From the NCBI GenBank assembly GCA_027486105.1, contig JAIXPV010000270.1:1-53011 (forward strand): 53,011 bases of DNA, read 5' to 3'. The translations under genes were made by a program, and so were the position numbers. The notes beneath the pieces are model-generated. The model was not told where the DNA came from and did no database searches. It saw only the letters and a program-made list of their open reading frames with translations. The DNA is from Runella sp. (GTDB lineage Bacteria; Bacteroidota; Bacteroidia; Cytophagales; Spirosomataceae). Of this stretch, positions 52,599 through 53,011 are shown in pieces. The first letter of the stretch is position 1. The number at the start of each line of letters is the position of its first letter.

Positions 52599-53011
52599 AT
52601 TGAAGTAAAAAAGAAAAAACGTCAATCGAGCCAATACGACAAGATTTTTAAGGAGAATATTGAAGCCGTAATTTCAAGTATCATGCAAAATGTGCTTAAA
52701 ATTACGGCTGTTTCTATGGAAGAATTGCCTGATGATATTCAACATACCAAAGAACGCAAACCCGATGTACTCAAAAAAGTTACTGACACAAAAGGCGCCA
52801 CTTTTGTACTTCAAATTGAGTTTCAAGTACGGGATGAACCAAAAATGGTTTATCGAATGGCGGAGTATTTCATCATGCTTGAAAGAAAATATGAGTTACC
52901 CGTAAAGCAATTCGTCATTTTTCTTGGTTCGGACAATCCAAAAATGCCAACCAAACTTGACCGAGAACGGTTAAAATTCAGTTATCCACTTGTTTCGCTT
53001 TCAACACTTGA
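52599..53011 (+). CDS. Rpn/YhgA-like PD-(D/E)XK protein, partial (start uncertain, runs off the window)
   Basis: Open frame not in the ORF track: SQYDKIFKENIE...KERKPDVLKKV...VLQIEFQVRDEPKMVYRMAEY... Confidence 0.7.
   Translation, partial: MEVKKKKRQSSQYDKIFKENIEAVISSIMQNVLKITAVSMEELPDDIQHTKERKPDVLKKVTDTKGATFVLQIEFQVRDEPKMVYRMAEYFIMLERKYELPVKQFVIFLGSDNPKMPTKLDRERLKFSYPLVSLSTL

Noticed and set aside
52351-52905. ORFs 52351-52569 (-) and 52690-52905 (+)
   Set aside because: The first crosses the IS end. The second is an alternative frame of the Rpn-like gene.

Overview
Bacteroidetes-type DNA, most like Cytophagales (Runella/Spirosoma). Positions 80-51126 behave as a complete ~51 kb plasmid, opened and bracketed by two same-orientation copies of an IS3-family element. 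The 3-bp target duplication (TTC) lies on the inner flanks, and an IS1182-family transposase gene is split in frame across the two junctions. This points to a former circle, now either a cointegrate or an assembly join through the IS repeat. Cargo in order: (1) a secreted polymorphic-toxin locus with a 3.3-kaa Ig/LamG/ricin/PA14-RHS protein carrying a NucA/NucB-type nuclease tip, an SMI1/KNR4 immunity gene, a YD-repeat partner and a lipoprotein; (2) a T9SS cargo gene; (3) a replication/partition backbone (primase, iterons, RepA, ParA, small ParG-like gene, centromere-like repeats); (4) a serine invertase beside a PLD-helicase/AlbA/type IIG R-M cluster whose last gene is broken by a 97-bp micro-inversion; (5) a membrane-anchored RHH-like gene between twin composite palindromic sites; (6) a T9SS lipase, a GNAT, a beta-propeller lipoprotein and several pseudogenes; (7) an AT-rich, tightly coupled operon (resolvase, DNA methyltransferase, PRTase, P-loop ATPase, Rossmann/CARF-like protein, TIR-TPR) that is the best candidate for an uncharacterised anti-phage system. 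I found no rRNA, tRNA, CRISPR array or intact relaxase/T4SS gene. All family calls come from motif recognition by eye; no database searches were run.
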